Origin: Octopus sinensis
Lineage: Eukaryota
Assembly (NCBI RefSeq): GCF_006345805.1
Contig: NC_043019.1
Coordinates: forward strand, 8,183,360 to 8,247,359
DNA: 64,000 nt
Direction of reading: 5' to 3'
Shown piece after piece: positions 13,631-24,720 of this stretch; within the stretch, counting starts at the first letter, position 1, and each line of letters begins with the position of its first letter. The notes beneath the pieces were generated by a model, which saw only the letters and a program-made list of their open reading frames with translations, did not search any database and was not told the origin of the DNA. Both the position numbers and the translations under genes were made by a program.

Positions 13631-14224
13631 TTATCACAACATCTCCGTTTACTTCAGTATCAGACCATAGGTTTGTTCACAGTCTTCTTGTTTTCGAATT
13701 TCTGTTGAATGGTTTCTGCCTCATGCTCGACTACAACAGGTTGCTGGCATCCCATTTAGCACATTTTCATTTGTTGTAGGAAACGGGGGGGGGGGGGGGG
13801 GCTATGGCGGAACTATGATTTTGACGCCGAATTCTCTCTTAAGTAAACACGTATAAATTCTAAGAACAGGAAAGCAAGAGTGTGGAAGAGAGAAAGAGAA
13901 AGAATGATGAAGACAGACAGAAAGAGAGACAGAGAGAGACAAAGAAACGGAGCGGGAGAGAGAGACAGAGAGGAATATGTCTATGCACAAATTCAGTCAG
14001 CCGTGAATGGATCGAGATAACTTTGTCATTAGTGAGAATTGAAACCAGATTAACCTTTGATGCTCGGGCAATTGGGAAGGTTTTGTTAACGAGTCTATGC
14101 TGTTCAGCAGAAATAAAATCGAGGAAATAAACAGAGAGACAATAAATAAAATAAAAACAAATTGTGGACTTAGTGATAGATCATGGCGACTGGATATATA
14201 TATATATATGCGATTGGCTCGAGG

Positions 14225-14324
14225 TTATAGTAGAGAAAACTCGCCCAAGGTACCACGCAGTGGGACCGAACATGGAACCATGTGATTAGGAAGCAAGCTT
14301 CTTACAACACAGCTACGCCTTCGC
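14225..14324 (-). mobile_element. OR-type SINE head fragment
   Basis: gcccaaggtaccacgcagtgggac.gaac..ggaaccatgtg is the reverse complement of the OR head. Confidence 0.8.
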
Positions 14325-14378
14325 ACATCTGTATATATATATGTGTGTGTGTGTGTGTGCCTGGCGTGTTTGTATGCA

Positions 14379-14421
<43 letters not shown>

Positions 14422-14452
14422 TTTTTTAAAGCAGCAGAAAATTCAACAAAAC

Positions 14453-14490
14453 CTGTTACTCTGAGTTTCCCGTTGCCGTTCATCGGACAG
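14453..14490 (-). ncRNA. Hammerhead-like motif, core variant CCGAUGA
   Basis: Minus strand reads CUGU CCGAUGA A CG GCAA CG G GAAAC UCAGA GUA ACAG: 4-bp stem I, GNRA-capped stem II, near-palindromic stem III. U4C deviates from the canonical core. Confidence 0.6.
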
Positions 14491-14549
14491 TTTTTGCCAG
14501 AATGGAACCGATATGTCAATTCACATATCGGTTCCATTCTAGCAAAAAA

Positions 14550-14587
14550 CTGTCCGATGAACGGCAACGGGAAACTCAAAGTAACAG
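14550..14587 (+). ncRNA. Hammerhead-like motif, core variant CCGAUGA (stem III mismatch)
   Basis: CUGU CCGAUGA ACGGCAACGG GAAAC UCAAA GUA ACAG. Confidence 0.55.
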
Positions 14588-14695
14588 ATTTTGTTGAATT
14601 TTCTGCTGCTTTAAATAAAGCATATTACTTTTCTACTGGTATTTGAGTACTCTTTTTTCCACCGTGTTTCACATTTATGGTTTACTCCGGTATAT

Positions 14696-14735
<40 letters not shown>

Positions 14736-15631
14736 TATATATATATTATATAATATATATATATATATTATATATTGTGTGTGTGTGTGTGTGCATTTAT
14801 ATATATACTTATATATATTTACAAGAAGTAAAAGACGGAGAGAGACGAGGACATGCATGGTAGCACAAATACATACACGCACACACACATACGAGCACAT
14901 ATATGTATATGTGTAGCACATTTATTCATACCTAAAACATAGAAATACTCAGACGAATACATAAATAATCAGACTATCAAGACATCTCCAAAGAAACACA
15001 CACACACGTACACACATACACACACACACACACACACGCGCGCACACACACATTCAATCTTCGTCTGTGACACACTCTCACATACAGTTGCAATTTATCA
15101 ATGCGTTGCAGACGAGGTGTCTTCTAGATGGCACAGACCAAAGATATCACACCTACGATAAAGACAATCAATCATTATATAGAGCAATAGAATGTCCACA
15201 GGTGGCAGCACCAGCATTAATAGCAATCTGTATATTACAAAGTGCTTTGTGTCTAAACGGAATTTAAGAGGAGGGATAGGTTGAGTGCATGAAATATGTT
15301 GAGGAATTCTGAAAAGAAATTACTGTTCAAATGTCATGATCATTTTAGATCTCACTTAGACGTCTTTGAAATATCCGATCGTCGTGAGCAGCAGCGGCAG
15401 CAGCAGTAGTAGCCGAAAACGATATGTGCATTTATGTGACATATACGTATGTGCACCTTCGTGTGTCTGTCTGCATCCATTTACATATACGCATATATAA
15501 TATATATATATACACACATGCATACATTCATATATATATACATGTATACGTATTATATATATGTAAAAATCTATATACGTATACACATATATATGTACAT
15601 GTAAATATATATATAATATATATAAATGTAT

Positions 15632-15697
<66 letters not shown>

Positions 15698-16282
15698 TAT
15701 TTATCTATAAGTATATGTATATGACAGCATGTATATCTATAGGAAACAGAGGTGTATGTGTCTACGATTTATATCCGTATGTATTTCTCTGCTCGTAAAT
15801 GAAATATATCTGTCTCGTTTACTCCTTGTGTATGTAAGAGTATAATGTGTGTGTATGTGTGCATGTGTGTGTGTGTGTGTACGTGTGTGTGCGCGCTTTT
15901 TCAGAAGGTGACATAACAGGCACATAAATAAGCTGGTTGTCTCATAGGTAAAGATAACACATCGATGCTGTACTTTTTGTGTAGGTGAATGTCTCCGACC
16001 TAAATCTTGTCGTCTTCCTTACCACTCAATATCCGTTCCTCTGGCGTACATTTTCCCTCACGTCGCGCAGACAGAGAAACTAAAGACGATACATGTCAGT
16101 AGCGCAGATAAAGCCACTGCGAAGGCAGACATTACTGCCGACAGAATGCAGACAGCATCATAAATGTTAGAAAAATATTCAAAAGCAACAGATGGAAGTT
16201 GTCTCCTTATGTTCTTGTACCGTTCACAATTAAATCAAAGACAAAATATTCCTAAGCAACTTATCTCTCCAAATAGCTTTAT

Positions 16283-16370
16283 CTTTTACGTGTTCTAATC
16301 ATTAGACTGCGACCATGCTGGAGTACTGCTTTGATGCGTTCAGTCGAAAAAATCAACCACGGTACGAAAT
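16283..16370 (-). mobile_element. OR-type SINE 3' fragment
   Basis: gactgcgaccatgctggagtactgc...agtcga matches the reverse of the OR 3' end. Confidence 0.65.
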
Positions 16371-16506
16371 GATTTTCTTTTTAACTCTGGTACACATTCG
16401 TCGTTCTCTTTTATCAAGTCTGTAGGTTAAGGGATGTAAATAAACGAACGCTGTAGTGTGTGTGAGGAAAGACATACATAAACAAAGACACAAACACACA
16501 CACACA

Positions 16507-16574
<68 letters not shown>

Positions 16575-16684
16575 GTAGAATAATATCATTAATATTAAAA
16601 TAAATCTTACCCCTTCAATAGCGCCATCTCTACTCATTCTTTCAAATATGTATAATTCTGTACCAAGAACTTCCTCTTTATTAT

Positions 16685-16723
<39 letters not shown>

Positions 16724-16959
16724 CAGATAGAGAGAGAGAGAGAGAGAGAAGAGAGAGAGAGATCTATGTATACCCTTAGCTTCCACAGCCTCCGTTTAGC
16801 CACAATGTATAGATCTACCTGGGGTTATAATACAGGGCTCATGATGGAATGGAACTCAAAACAAATGATGTTTTCAGCGGGTTTCTAATGCAACATAGAG
16901 AAAGTTGGGAATAACATTACTCCAATTTCTATTCCATCTTGTAGAAGGAAACCCTGGAA

Positions 16960-17260
16960 TACCAGACGATGAATGACGAATTAGAACTATTGTTGAATTC
17001 TGAAGAGTTCAGCCACGCCATTGATTGTCTAACTACTGACGAGGCACTGACACTGAATGGCTTCTCATTCGAGGCCTTCAATGATATAAAGTGCATCATT
17101 TTGGGAAACAGAATTTTGTGAGCTGTTGCATTTAAGGAAAAAGAAATATCAAACACGAATAGATGGGATAATTTTAATGAAACTCAGAAGGATTTATTTA
17201 CCACAAGAGATAATACTAGAACCGATGAATACAAAATTCGGGGTAGTATAATACGTCTCC
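16960..17260 (+). pseudogene. Highly degraded non-LTR retrotransposon ORF2-like relic (RTE-like)
   Basis: ELELLLNSEEFSHAIDCLTTDEALTLNGFSFEAF loosely follows the pre-RT 'EEL..AI..L...KAPG.DG...E' motif, followed by stops and frameshifts. Confidence 0.3.
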
Positions 17261-17393
17261 TCACATGTCAAACAACTGCCAACGAGAATATATTGGGACG
17301 TTCAGACAAAAGCAAAGCTAAGATTATCTAACATGCTTCTGACAATAATTTCTGTCTTTGTGCATGCCTTTTAGTAGCAAAAATTGTATTAAT

Positions 17394-17623
17394 TATTTCT
17401 TTATTGCCCACAGGGGGCTCATCACAGAGGGGACAAACAAGGACAGACAAACTGATTAAGTCGGTTAAATCGACCCCAGTGCATAACTGGTACGTAACTT
17501 ATCGACCCCGAAAGAATGAAAGGCAAAGTCGACCTTGGCGGAATTTGAACTCAGAATGTAATGGCAAACGAAATACCGCTAAGCATTTCACTCGATGTGC
17601 TAACGATTCTGCCAGCTCGCCGC
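17394..17623 (-). mobile_element. Full-length OK-type SINE (tail A) with 13-bp TSD
   Basis: Complete head-to-tail match to 20283 and 39690. Direct repeat aaattgtattaat at 17381-17393 and 17626-17638. Confidence 0.93.
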
Positions 17624-18074
17624 ACAAATTGTATTAATGAGAGATAAAAAGAACAGCATAGTACCATGGCTTTAGATTCAGCGGTGACTTTTGTGTCGTA
17701 GTGTAGGAAAGTGATCAAAACAAACCTAATAATGGGTGACCATCAACAGTGAGTATCACAACTATTTACAAATCCCGAACATATCGGAAGGTATGTACTT
17801 ATATGCAAATGCGCGTGTGAAGGCGCGCGTATGTTTGTGTGTGCGGTTGCGTTCACTTTTAAGCATAAACGGAAAACGTCTCTCAGCACACCATTTCGAA
17901 ATTTTTAAGACTGCTTTTTTTTGTGGGGTTTATTTCTACCTTCCATGATATCCATCACTTTCTTGGAACCCCTACGGAAATAATTTTGTTTTGTCCTTTT
18001 CTGTTCGAGTCCTTGTGTCCCATAAAGTAAAGGTAACATTACTATTGTTATTGCCACCATATTTTTGCCATTTT

Positions 18075-18290
18075 TCTTCTTTTTTTCTTCTTCTTCTTCT
18101 TCTTCTTCTTCTTCTTCTTCTTCTTCGTCTTCTTTTTCTTCTTCTCCTTCTCCTTCTTCTTCTTCTTCTTTCTTCTTCTTCTCATTCTCCTTCTTCTTCT
18201 CTTCTTCTTCTCTTCTTCTTCCTTCTCCTTCTTCTTCTTCTTCTCTTCTTCTTCTTCTTCTCTTATTCTTCTCTTCTTTTTCTTCTTTTG
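18075..18290. repeat. (CTT)n polypyrimidine tract
   Basis: Read directly. Confidence 0.95.
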
Positions 18291-18307
18291 CTATTGTTAA
18301 TATCGTA

Positions 18308-18342
<35 letters not shown>

Positions 18343-18840
18343 GAGTATCGGTAGTAGTAATAGCAGTAGTATTGAAGTCGTAGTAGTAACAGCAGTAGCA
18401 GTGGTGGCAGTAGTGCTCTTAACGCCATTATGCGGCGCACAGTGTGAAGAAAGATAACTATTTAGTGTAGGACATTTTTGCCATTAAGATCATGCATTTA
18501 ATGAACAGGGATACATCTTGTATTTTTTCCATCACACATCAACACATACAACCTAATCGCTGTTTTATTTCTGTTTCTTTCTTTTGCTGTCGTTGTTATT
18601 GTTGTTGTTGATGTTGTTGTTGTTTCCTCGAATAACATTACGAGTTGATGTTTATTGTTGTATTTTGCTGGTGGTGATGATCTTCCTTCATAGCACAGGC
18701 AGCACGTGAACGACACTGCCGTTGTTCTTACCATGTATGTGATCTCACTTTGTATCAATTTACTTAAAACAATGATTTCGTCATTAAAATTCAATGGGGG
18801 GGTAGAATGCCAACAAGAATCTGAGGGCGACGGCGACGAG

Positions 18841-18918
18841 AAGAAGGAGAGGAAAGAAGAAGAAGAAGAAGAAGAAGAAGAAGAAGAAGAAGAAGAAGAA
18901 GAAGAAGAAGAAGAAGAA

Positions 18919-18949
<31 letters not shown>

Positions 18950-18976
18950 GAGAGGAAAGAAGAAGACGAAGAAGAA
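18841..18976. repeat. (GAA)n polypurine tract
   Basis: Read directly. Confidence 0.95.
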
Positions 18977-19259
18977 GCAAAATGGCAGAGATTGTCCGTT
19001 AACTCACGCACTTATATTCCCCATGTTGTTGGCCACTTAACAGAAAACAAAACCCGGGAATAAACAACAAACCGCAAACATAATAGAAATCGCAGTCGCT
19101 CGTTACGTTCGCGTTCCACTCTATTTCTCTCTCCTCATCTCCCCCCTATCGCTTTTCTTCTTCTTCCCTTTCTGTCTTAATTCTCTGCGTTTTAGCTTCC
19201 TCTCATACACATGTAAGCACTCACGAAGCCTCGCGCACACACACACACAAGCACATACA

Positions 19260-19650
19260 ATTATATATATATATATTTATATATATATATGTATGTATAT
19301 GTATATATATATATGTATATATATGTGTGTATCTATATATGCATGTATATATATATATAATATATATAATATATATATACATGCATATATATATATACAT
19401 ATATATATACATATATATATATATATTTATATATATATATATATATATATGCATTATAGATACACACATATATATACATATATACATATACATACATATA
19501 TATATATACATATGTATATATATCCATATACATATATGCATATATATACATATATATATATATATATAATATTATATCAACATATACCTATACATATATA
19601 TATATATATATATATATAATCATATATACACATATATATAAGTGTGTATA
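19260..19650. repeat. (TA)n-rich microsatellite
   Basis: Read directly. Confidence 0.95.
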
Positions 19651-20282
19651 TATAACGCACAAAAACATATGTACATAAATGTGCATGTGTGAGTGCATGT
19701 ATACATGAGCATACACACATCATACATCATACATCATACATCATACATCATACATCAGCACTCTCCATACATCACACTTTCTACGCCGTTATCGCCGTGG
19801 TAAATATGCCACCAGGAATGTTTGATGCTTATGTGTAAGAGTGCATACGTTTTCCTCCCTTTCTCCATCCATTTATTTAACTGCCATGCAAGCAATATTT
19901 CAAGACATTATTGCATTGGTCTGAATGTAACCCTCTGGCAGTTCTAGCTAATTGTCCAATTAACATGATGCCAGTACGTCTTCCACTACGGAACCTTCAA
20001 TAAATTATCTACACCGACATTTCACAAAGCTTTCATCATAATATTTCGTTTACCATTTTTGGTTTCTTTCACCACTTAACGATATGGGAGAGAAAGAATT
20101 ACATTTCTTCGTGAACATTTTCAGAGTGACAATGCTCGGTTGTTGAGAGAGCGCGGAGGATAAACTCTGAGAAGAAATGACCTGACCATTTTTGCTCGCA
20201 TCGGATGGGACTTGATAAAAGATGCTTCACAACGGGGTCACGACAGTGATGGTATTAATGATGATATTAATGATGTATAATA

Positions 20283-20514
20283 GGCGGCGAGCTGGCAGAA
20301 ACGTTAGCACGCCGGGCGAGATACTTAGCAGTATTTCGTCTGTCGCTAAGTTCTTAGTTCAAATTCCGCGGAGGTCGACTTTGCCTTTCATCCTTTCGAG
20401 GTCGATAAATTAAGTACCAGTTACGCACTGGGGTCTATATAATCGACTTAATCCGTTTGTATGTCCTTGTTTGTCCCCTCTGTGTTTAGCCCCTTGTAGG
20501 TAATAAAGAAATAG
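20283..20514 (+). mobile_element. Full-length OK-type tRNA-derived SINE (tail A)
   Basis: A-box-like tggcagaaacgttag, B-box-like agttcaaattcc, central gtcgactttgcctttcatcctttcgaggtcgataaattaagtacc, and tail ending aataaagaaata. Confidence 0.93.
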
Positions 20515-20539
20515 GTATAAATGAGGGCATCAGACTTCA

Positions 20540-20757
20540 GATTTTGGCATAAGATCAAAAAGCTCAAGGGTATGGAGTAAGTTGAACATTGAGGCCAGTG
20601 TTCAGCTTGTGTCGATAACATAAACACAAGCTGAACACTGGCCTCAATGTTATCGACCCCGAAATGGTGAAAGATAAAATAGATCTCGGCGTAATTTGAA
20701 CTCAGAAAGTAGAGTCGTAAAAAAAGCCGCTAAGCATTTCGTCCGGTGTACAGAGAC
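20540..20757 (-). mobile_element. Degraded OK-type SINE containing an inverted duplication
   Basis: tatcgaccccgaaa..tgaaag, ctcggcgtaatttgaactcagaa and ccgctaagcatttcg; 28-bp perfect inverted repeat at 20585-20651. Confidence 0.75.
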
Positions 20758-21328
20758 TTGTAATTCCAATGCAAATTTCTTAAACAGAAGCATATGCAGT
20801 GCTCATAGTACACAGACCAGTGTTTCTCCCTTTCTGAACCCTGTAAACCAATCTGAAAGTATAGTGATGATTATGTGACATACGCCGAAAACTTGAAATT
20901 ATCAACTTAATTCGCGCAAATAATTCGTTTTAAGAAAAATGTTTTAAACCCTATTACTTCATTTTTTAAGCTGAAAAAAAAACTCTATAGGAGGGAAGAA
21001 CTTTACCAACCACTCTACCTGCAACACCGAGGCGTAAATCGTGGCCAAGATCAAGATATTCGAAGATGTCCCAATGCATAGAGCGAAGAATACATGCGCC
21101 ACATTTAGAGTCGTCTTCCGACCATGATGAAGGCATAGGTGGTTTCTTTAAGGAAACTGTCATCGCCCAACCATAGTCTAGTTGACATCTTTTGATTTTT
21201 GAAATACATTTAGTTTTGAATGAGATATTGTGCTTACTTTTCCTTTTATGCAAACTGTCAAAAATAACCCGAACACCCTGTAGAGTGTCCAAGTTTATTT
21301 GTTTCGTTGTCTCATTCTTTTATATCGT

Positions 21329-21545
21329 AAGCCGACGAGTTAGCAGAATTTTCAGGCCATCGAAGAAGGTGTTCGGCGCAATTTCTTTCAGCTCTTCAGG
21401 TTGCGACTTCATATCACATCGAATACAGATTTCTAGTTCATACTTTCGGGGTCCATGAAATAAAATATCACTCAGATACTAGGTTCGATACATTAGATTT
21501 ATATCACCCTTCAAAATTGCTGGTCATATGTCAAAACTAAAAAAA
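21329..21545 (+). mobile_element. Old, degraded OK-type SINE
   Basis: gacgagttagcagaa head, ctttcggggtc central block and aaaattgctgg tail-C remnant. Confidence 0.45.
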
Positions 21546-22105
21546 ATATCTGCCCCTGGTACAATTCTAATCGTACTCTCTACCTCTCTTCACTTTCACT
21601 AGCAGGCGACAGACGACATGCATAGCCCCAATAAGGGTGTTCACTCCTCACTTGGCACCTGAGATTACCGAACCTATTCTAACCACTCAAGTACTCTTCT
21701 ATTGAAGATCGTCACAGGATTTCTGGAATTCCTCGATTTAGAATATTTTATTTATGGTGACAAGTACACTGCAATAAACACACTCGATTTCATCTAAACG
21801 TCGAAGAATAAGTAAGAGATTGTCTGATAAAAGAATCTCAAATGAAATATTATGGCGACGACAGTTTGCTGGAAATGGGTCTGAAGGAATTAATTAGTTT
21901 CCAGTATTTAGGTTACAGAGTATTAACTCTGTTAATCGCCATTTGAACAAAGACACAGAAGAAGACATTTGCTTTAGATATTACGTTTTAGGATAAATTT
22001 CAGTGTCGGACTGCAATGAGGTTGCTTATGGTGTTCAGGATATCGTAGATTGAGATTTTCTACGGCACAGCCATGACTGACTTGGTTTCTGCCTATATCA
22101 GAACG

Positions 22106-22139
<34 letters not shown>

Positions 22140-22141
<2 letters not shown>

Positions 22142-22755
22142 ATAGTTTTATTTTTATAGCGTGCTTTCACTGCACTACCGAGCACAGCTCTGTGTGCCTT
22201 GGGTATGTGCTGTGATTTGTTGTGATGCTCTGATGGTTATTGTATGAAAAGTGTTCTGCGTAGGATGTGTGCAGTGCCTAGTAGTGCAATTTTCTGTATG
22301 TTATATGTGTTTGTAAGTCCTGGTTTTTTGTTATGTATTTGTCTGAATATTTTTTTATCATGCCTAATGCACCTACTATGATAGGAATTGTTTCTGTCTT
22401 TAGATTACCCATTCTGGTTACCTCTATTTCCAGGTCTTTGTATTTTGAAAGTTTCTCCATTTCTTTTAGAGACACGTTGTCATCTGCCGGTATTGATACA
22501 TCAATTAGAAAGCATTTTTTTTCTTCATGATCTCTGACAACTATATCTGGTCTGTTGGCCTTAATTTCTCTATCTGTGTGTATCGGCATATCCCAGAGTA
22601 TGGTTGGTTTCTCGTTTTCTGTGACCTTTTCTGGTGTGTGCCTATACCATCTTTTTTCTGTTGTTATTCCATAATGTTGGCATAGCTTCCAGTGTATGTA
22701 GGTTCAAACTCTGTCATGTCTGTGAATATATTCCTTCTTAGCCAGGATTGGGCAG

Positions 22756-22757
<2 letters not shown>
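22140..22757 (-). mobile_element. 5'-truncated R4/Dong-clade non-LTR retrotransposon (end of CCHC motif, restriction-like endonuclease, 3' UTR)
   Basis: Minus-strand translation: CPILAKKEYIHRHDRV*TYIHWKLCQHYGITTEKRWYRHTPEKVTENEKPTILWDMPIHTDREIKANRPDIVVRDHEEKKCFLIDVSIP...EKLSKYKDLEIEV...IIVGALGMI, then after a frameshift PGLTNTYNIQKIALLGTAHILRRTL..* (stop 22237-22239). RH-D, PD..D and K-KY motifs are typical of RLE-type LINEs. (TAA)n flanks both ends. Confidence 0.88.

Positions 22758-22817
<60 letters not shown>
22758..22817. repeat. (ATT)n tract (second half at 22108-22139)
   Basis: Read directly; both halves flank the R4/Dong fragment. Confidence 0.95.
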
Positions 22818-23016
22818 GCCTTTCCACAGCTTCTAACGCTGGAGATGCACTACAGTGTCAGCTGTTCAATACCAGTGAACTAAGGTAGTAGTATTATAGT
22901 ATTATTCTAGAGAATGTTTAAGAAACCATAAGAAAATCATGAGTTTGTTTTCAAGTTTGAGATTACACAGGCAGTATTTTACGTATATATAGGTAGTTTT
23001 ACCATGACCACTATCT

Positions 23017-23065
<49 letters not shown>

Positions 23066-23187
23066 TTAACAACAACAACTATTATTATTAATATTATCAT
23101 TTTCATTATTGTTGTTATTGTTTTATACTACATATCTATTCTAAATCTTTCCATAGTTTAATCGCAAATATATTTATAATAAAACAG

Positions 23188-23380
23188 TCTTTCCTAATCT
23201 AGGTACAAGGCCCGAAATTTTGTGGAAGAGAGTCAGTCGATTTGATCGACCCCCATACGTAGCTGGTATGGATGAAAGGCGAAGTCGATCTCGGTGGAAT
23301 TTGAACACTGGACGTAAAGACACGACATAACGCTAAGCATTTCGCCCAGCTTGCTAACGTTTTGACCAGCTCGCCACCTT
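23188..23380 (-). mobile_element. OK-type SINE with tail B and internal deletion
   Basis: ctaggtacaaggcccgaaatttt tail, gtcgatttgatcgacccc, ggatgaaaggcgaagtcga and gctaagcatttcgccc...ccagctcgcc head. Confidence 0.85.
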
Positions 23381-23396
23381 AATACTAATACTAATG

Positions 23397-23449
<53 letters not shown>

Positions 23450-23450
23450 T

Positions 23451-23481
<31 letters not shown>

Positions 23482-23580
23482 TTGTTGTTGTTATTATTAT
23501 TGTTGTTATTATTATTATCATCATCATCATCTTTATTATTATTATTATTATTATTGACGCGCCGTCGTTGTTGTTGTTGT
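23381..23580. repeat. (AAT)n abutting (ATT)n/(GTT)n compound tract
   Basis: Read directly; the strand switch is near 23449. Confidence 0.95.
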
Positions 23581-24443
23581 TGGTGTTTTAACCACAATTT
23601 CCTATCTCGGTAGTTTTAATCGCACGTATATTTATAATCAAAAACCGTTGTTGTTGTTGTTCTTCTTCTTACCGTTCTTATCGTCATTGTCGACTTTCTT
23701 TCGTTTCGCATTCTTTCTTTCGTAGAAACCGCTTCCTTAATGTTTTTGTTTGTTTATGTTTCGTATTTTTATTGCTTTCGTGTGGAATAGTTTTACTTAT
23801 TCTTATTTGAGTTTGTTGCCGTTTTTATTCGTTTGATTGTTTGTGGTTGTTATTCTTCAAAATTTCCAATTCATCAAATATCTCGAAGAGTCGAAATGCT
23901 AATCGGGTGTGAATAATCCTCCACTGAAGCAAAATGAAAAGAGTATAAATCTCGCACAAATTATCAGAGATCTCTTTAAAGTAATTACTACATAGACGGA
24001 CTTCTATAAATCAAGTTTTTCAAGAGAGGAAAATACAAATGATTGAAAATAAATAAAAATAAATAAAAATAAACGTAGGAATAACTGAAGAACTAGAGAA
24101 CTAAATAAAGACTACAGAGGAGGGACACTATTGTACCGTACATTCTTTTTTGTTTATTAATTTTTCGTTTCTTTTTCTTCTTAGCAATATTATTCGTATT
24201 ATTTTTATCAATTAAAATGGCAAGAAAGGAGAATTATAATGAATCCTTTGTAGAAGTCAACGAAGGACGCCTCGATAGTGGAAAGGTAAAGTTGATAAAA
24301 CAAAACAAATATGAATGAAGTATATTCTAAGAAAATAGAAATGGGTTAGAATTATACGCACACACATGCATTTATTTACATCTATCTATCTATCTATCTA
24401 TCTATTCATCCATCTGTCAACCTTTCTATCTATCTATTTTTCT

Positions 24444-24477
<34 letters not shown>

Positions 24478-24666
24478 GATAGAGGTATGAAAATGTGTGT
24501 GTGCGTATGAATAGACGCGAATATCGAAATTTAAGGGCAAGTGATGGGAAGCAGAGTTCCATGTGGCAGGCTTAACAATTGCTAATCCACAAATACTGTA
24601 TACATACATGCATACATATATATATATATATATATATGCATACATATATATATATATATATATATG

Positions 24667-24720
<54 letters not shown>

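Larger units (their letters stand above)
14421..14690 (+). mobile_element. Second fold-back PLE-like terminus: ~95-bp inverted arms plus unique 3' extension
   Basis: 14425-14519 pairs with 14520-14615 (4 mismatches, 1 indel; no spacer, centre aa|tt). Each arm has an HHR-like motif, and (TA)n flanks both sides. The sequence is unrelated to the 8671 element. Confidence 0.7.

Noticed and set aside
13785-13801. G17 run (also T/G run at 25381-25403 and (GGT)n near 27020) as G-quadruplex candidates
   Set aside because: Homopolymer and simple repeats are common here, with no evidence of function.
19990-20060. IYTDISQSF resembling the RT motif IYTDFSKAFD
   Set aside because: A single short motif with no supporting flanking similarity.
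20283-20370. tRNA gene call for A/B-box-containing heads
   Set aside because: They are SINE heads with no cloverleaf or acceptor stem; no true tRNA, rRNA or CRISPR array was seen anywhere in the window.
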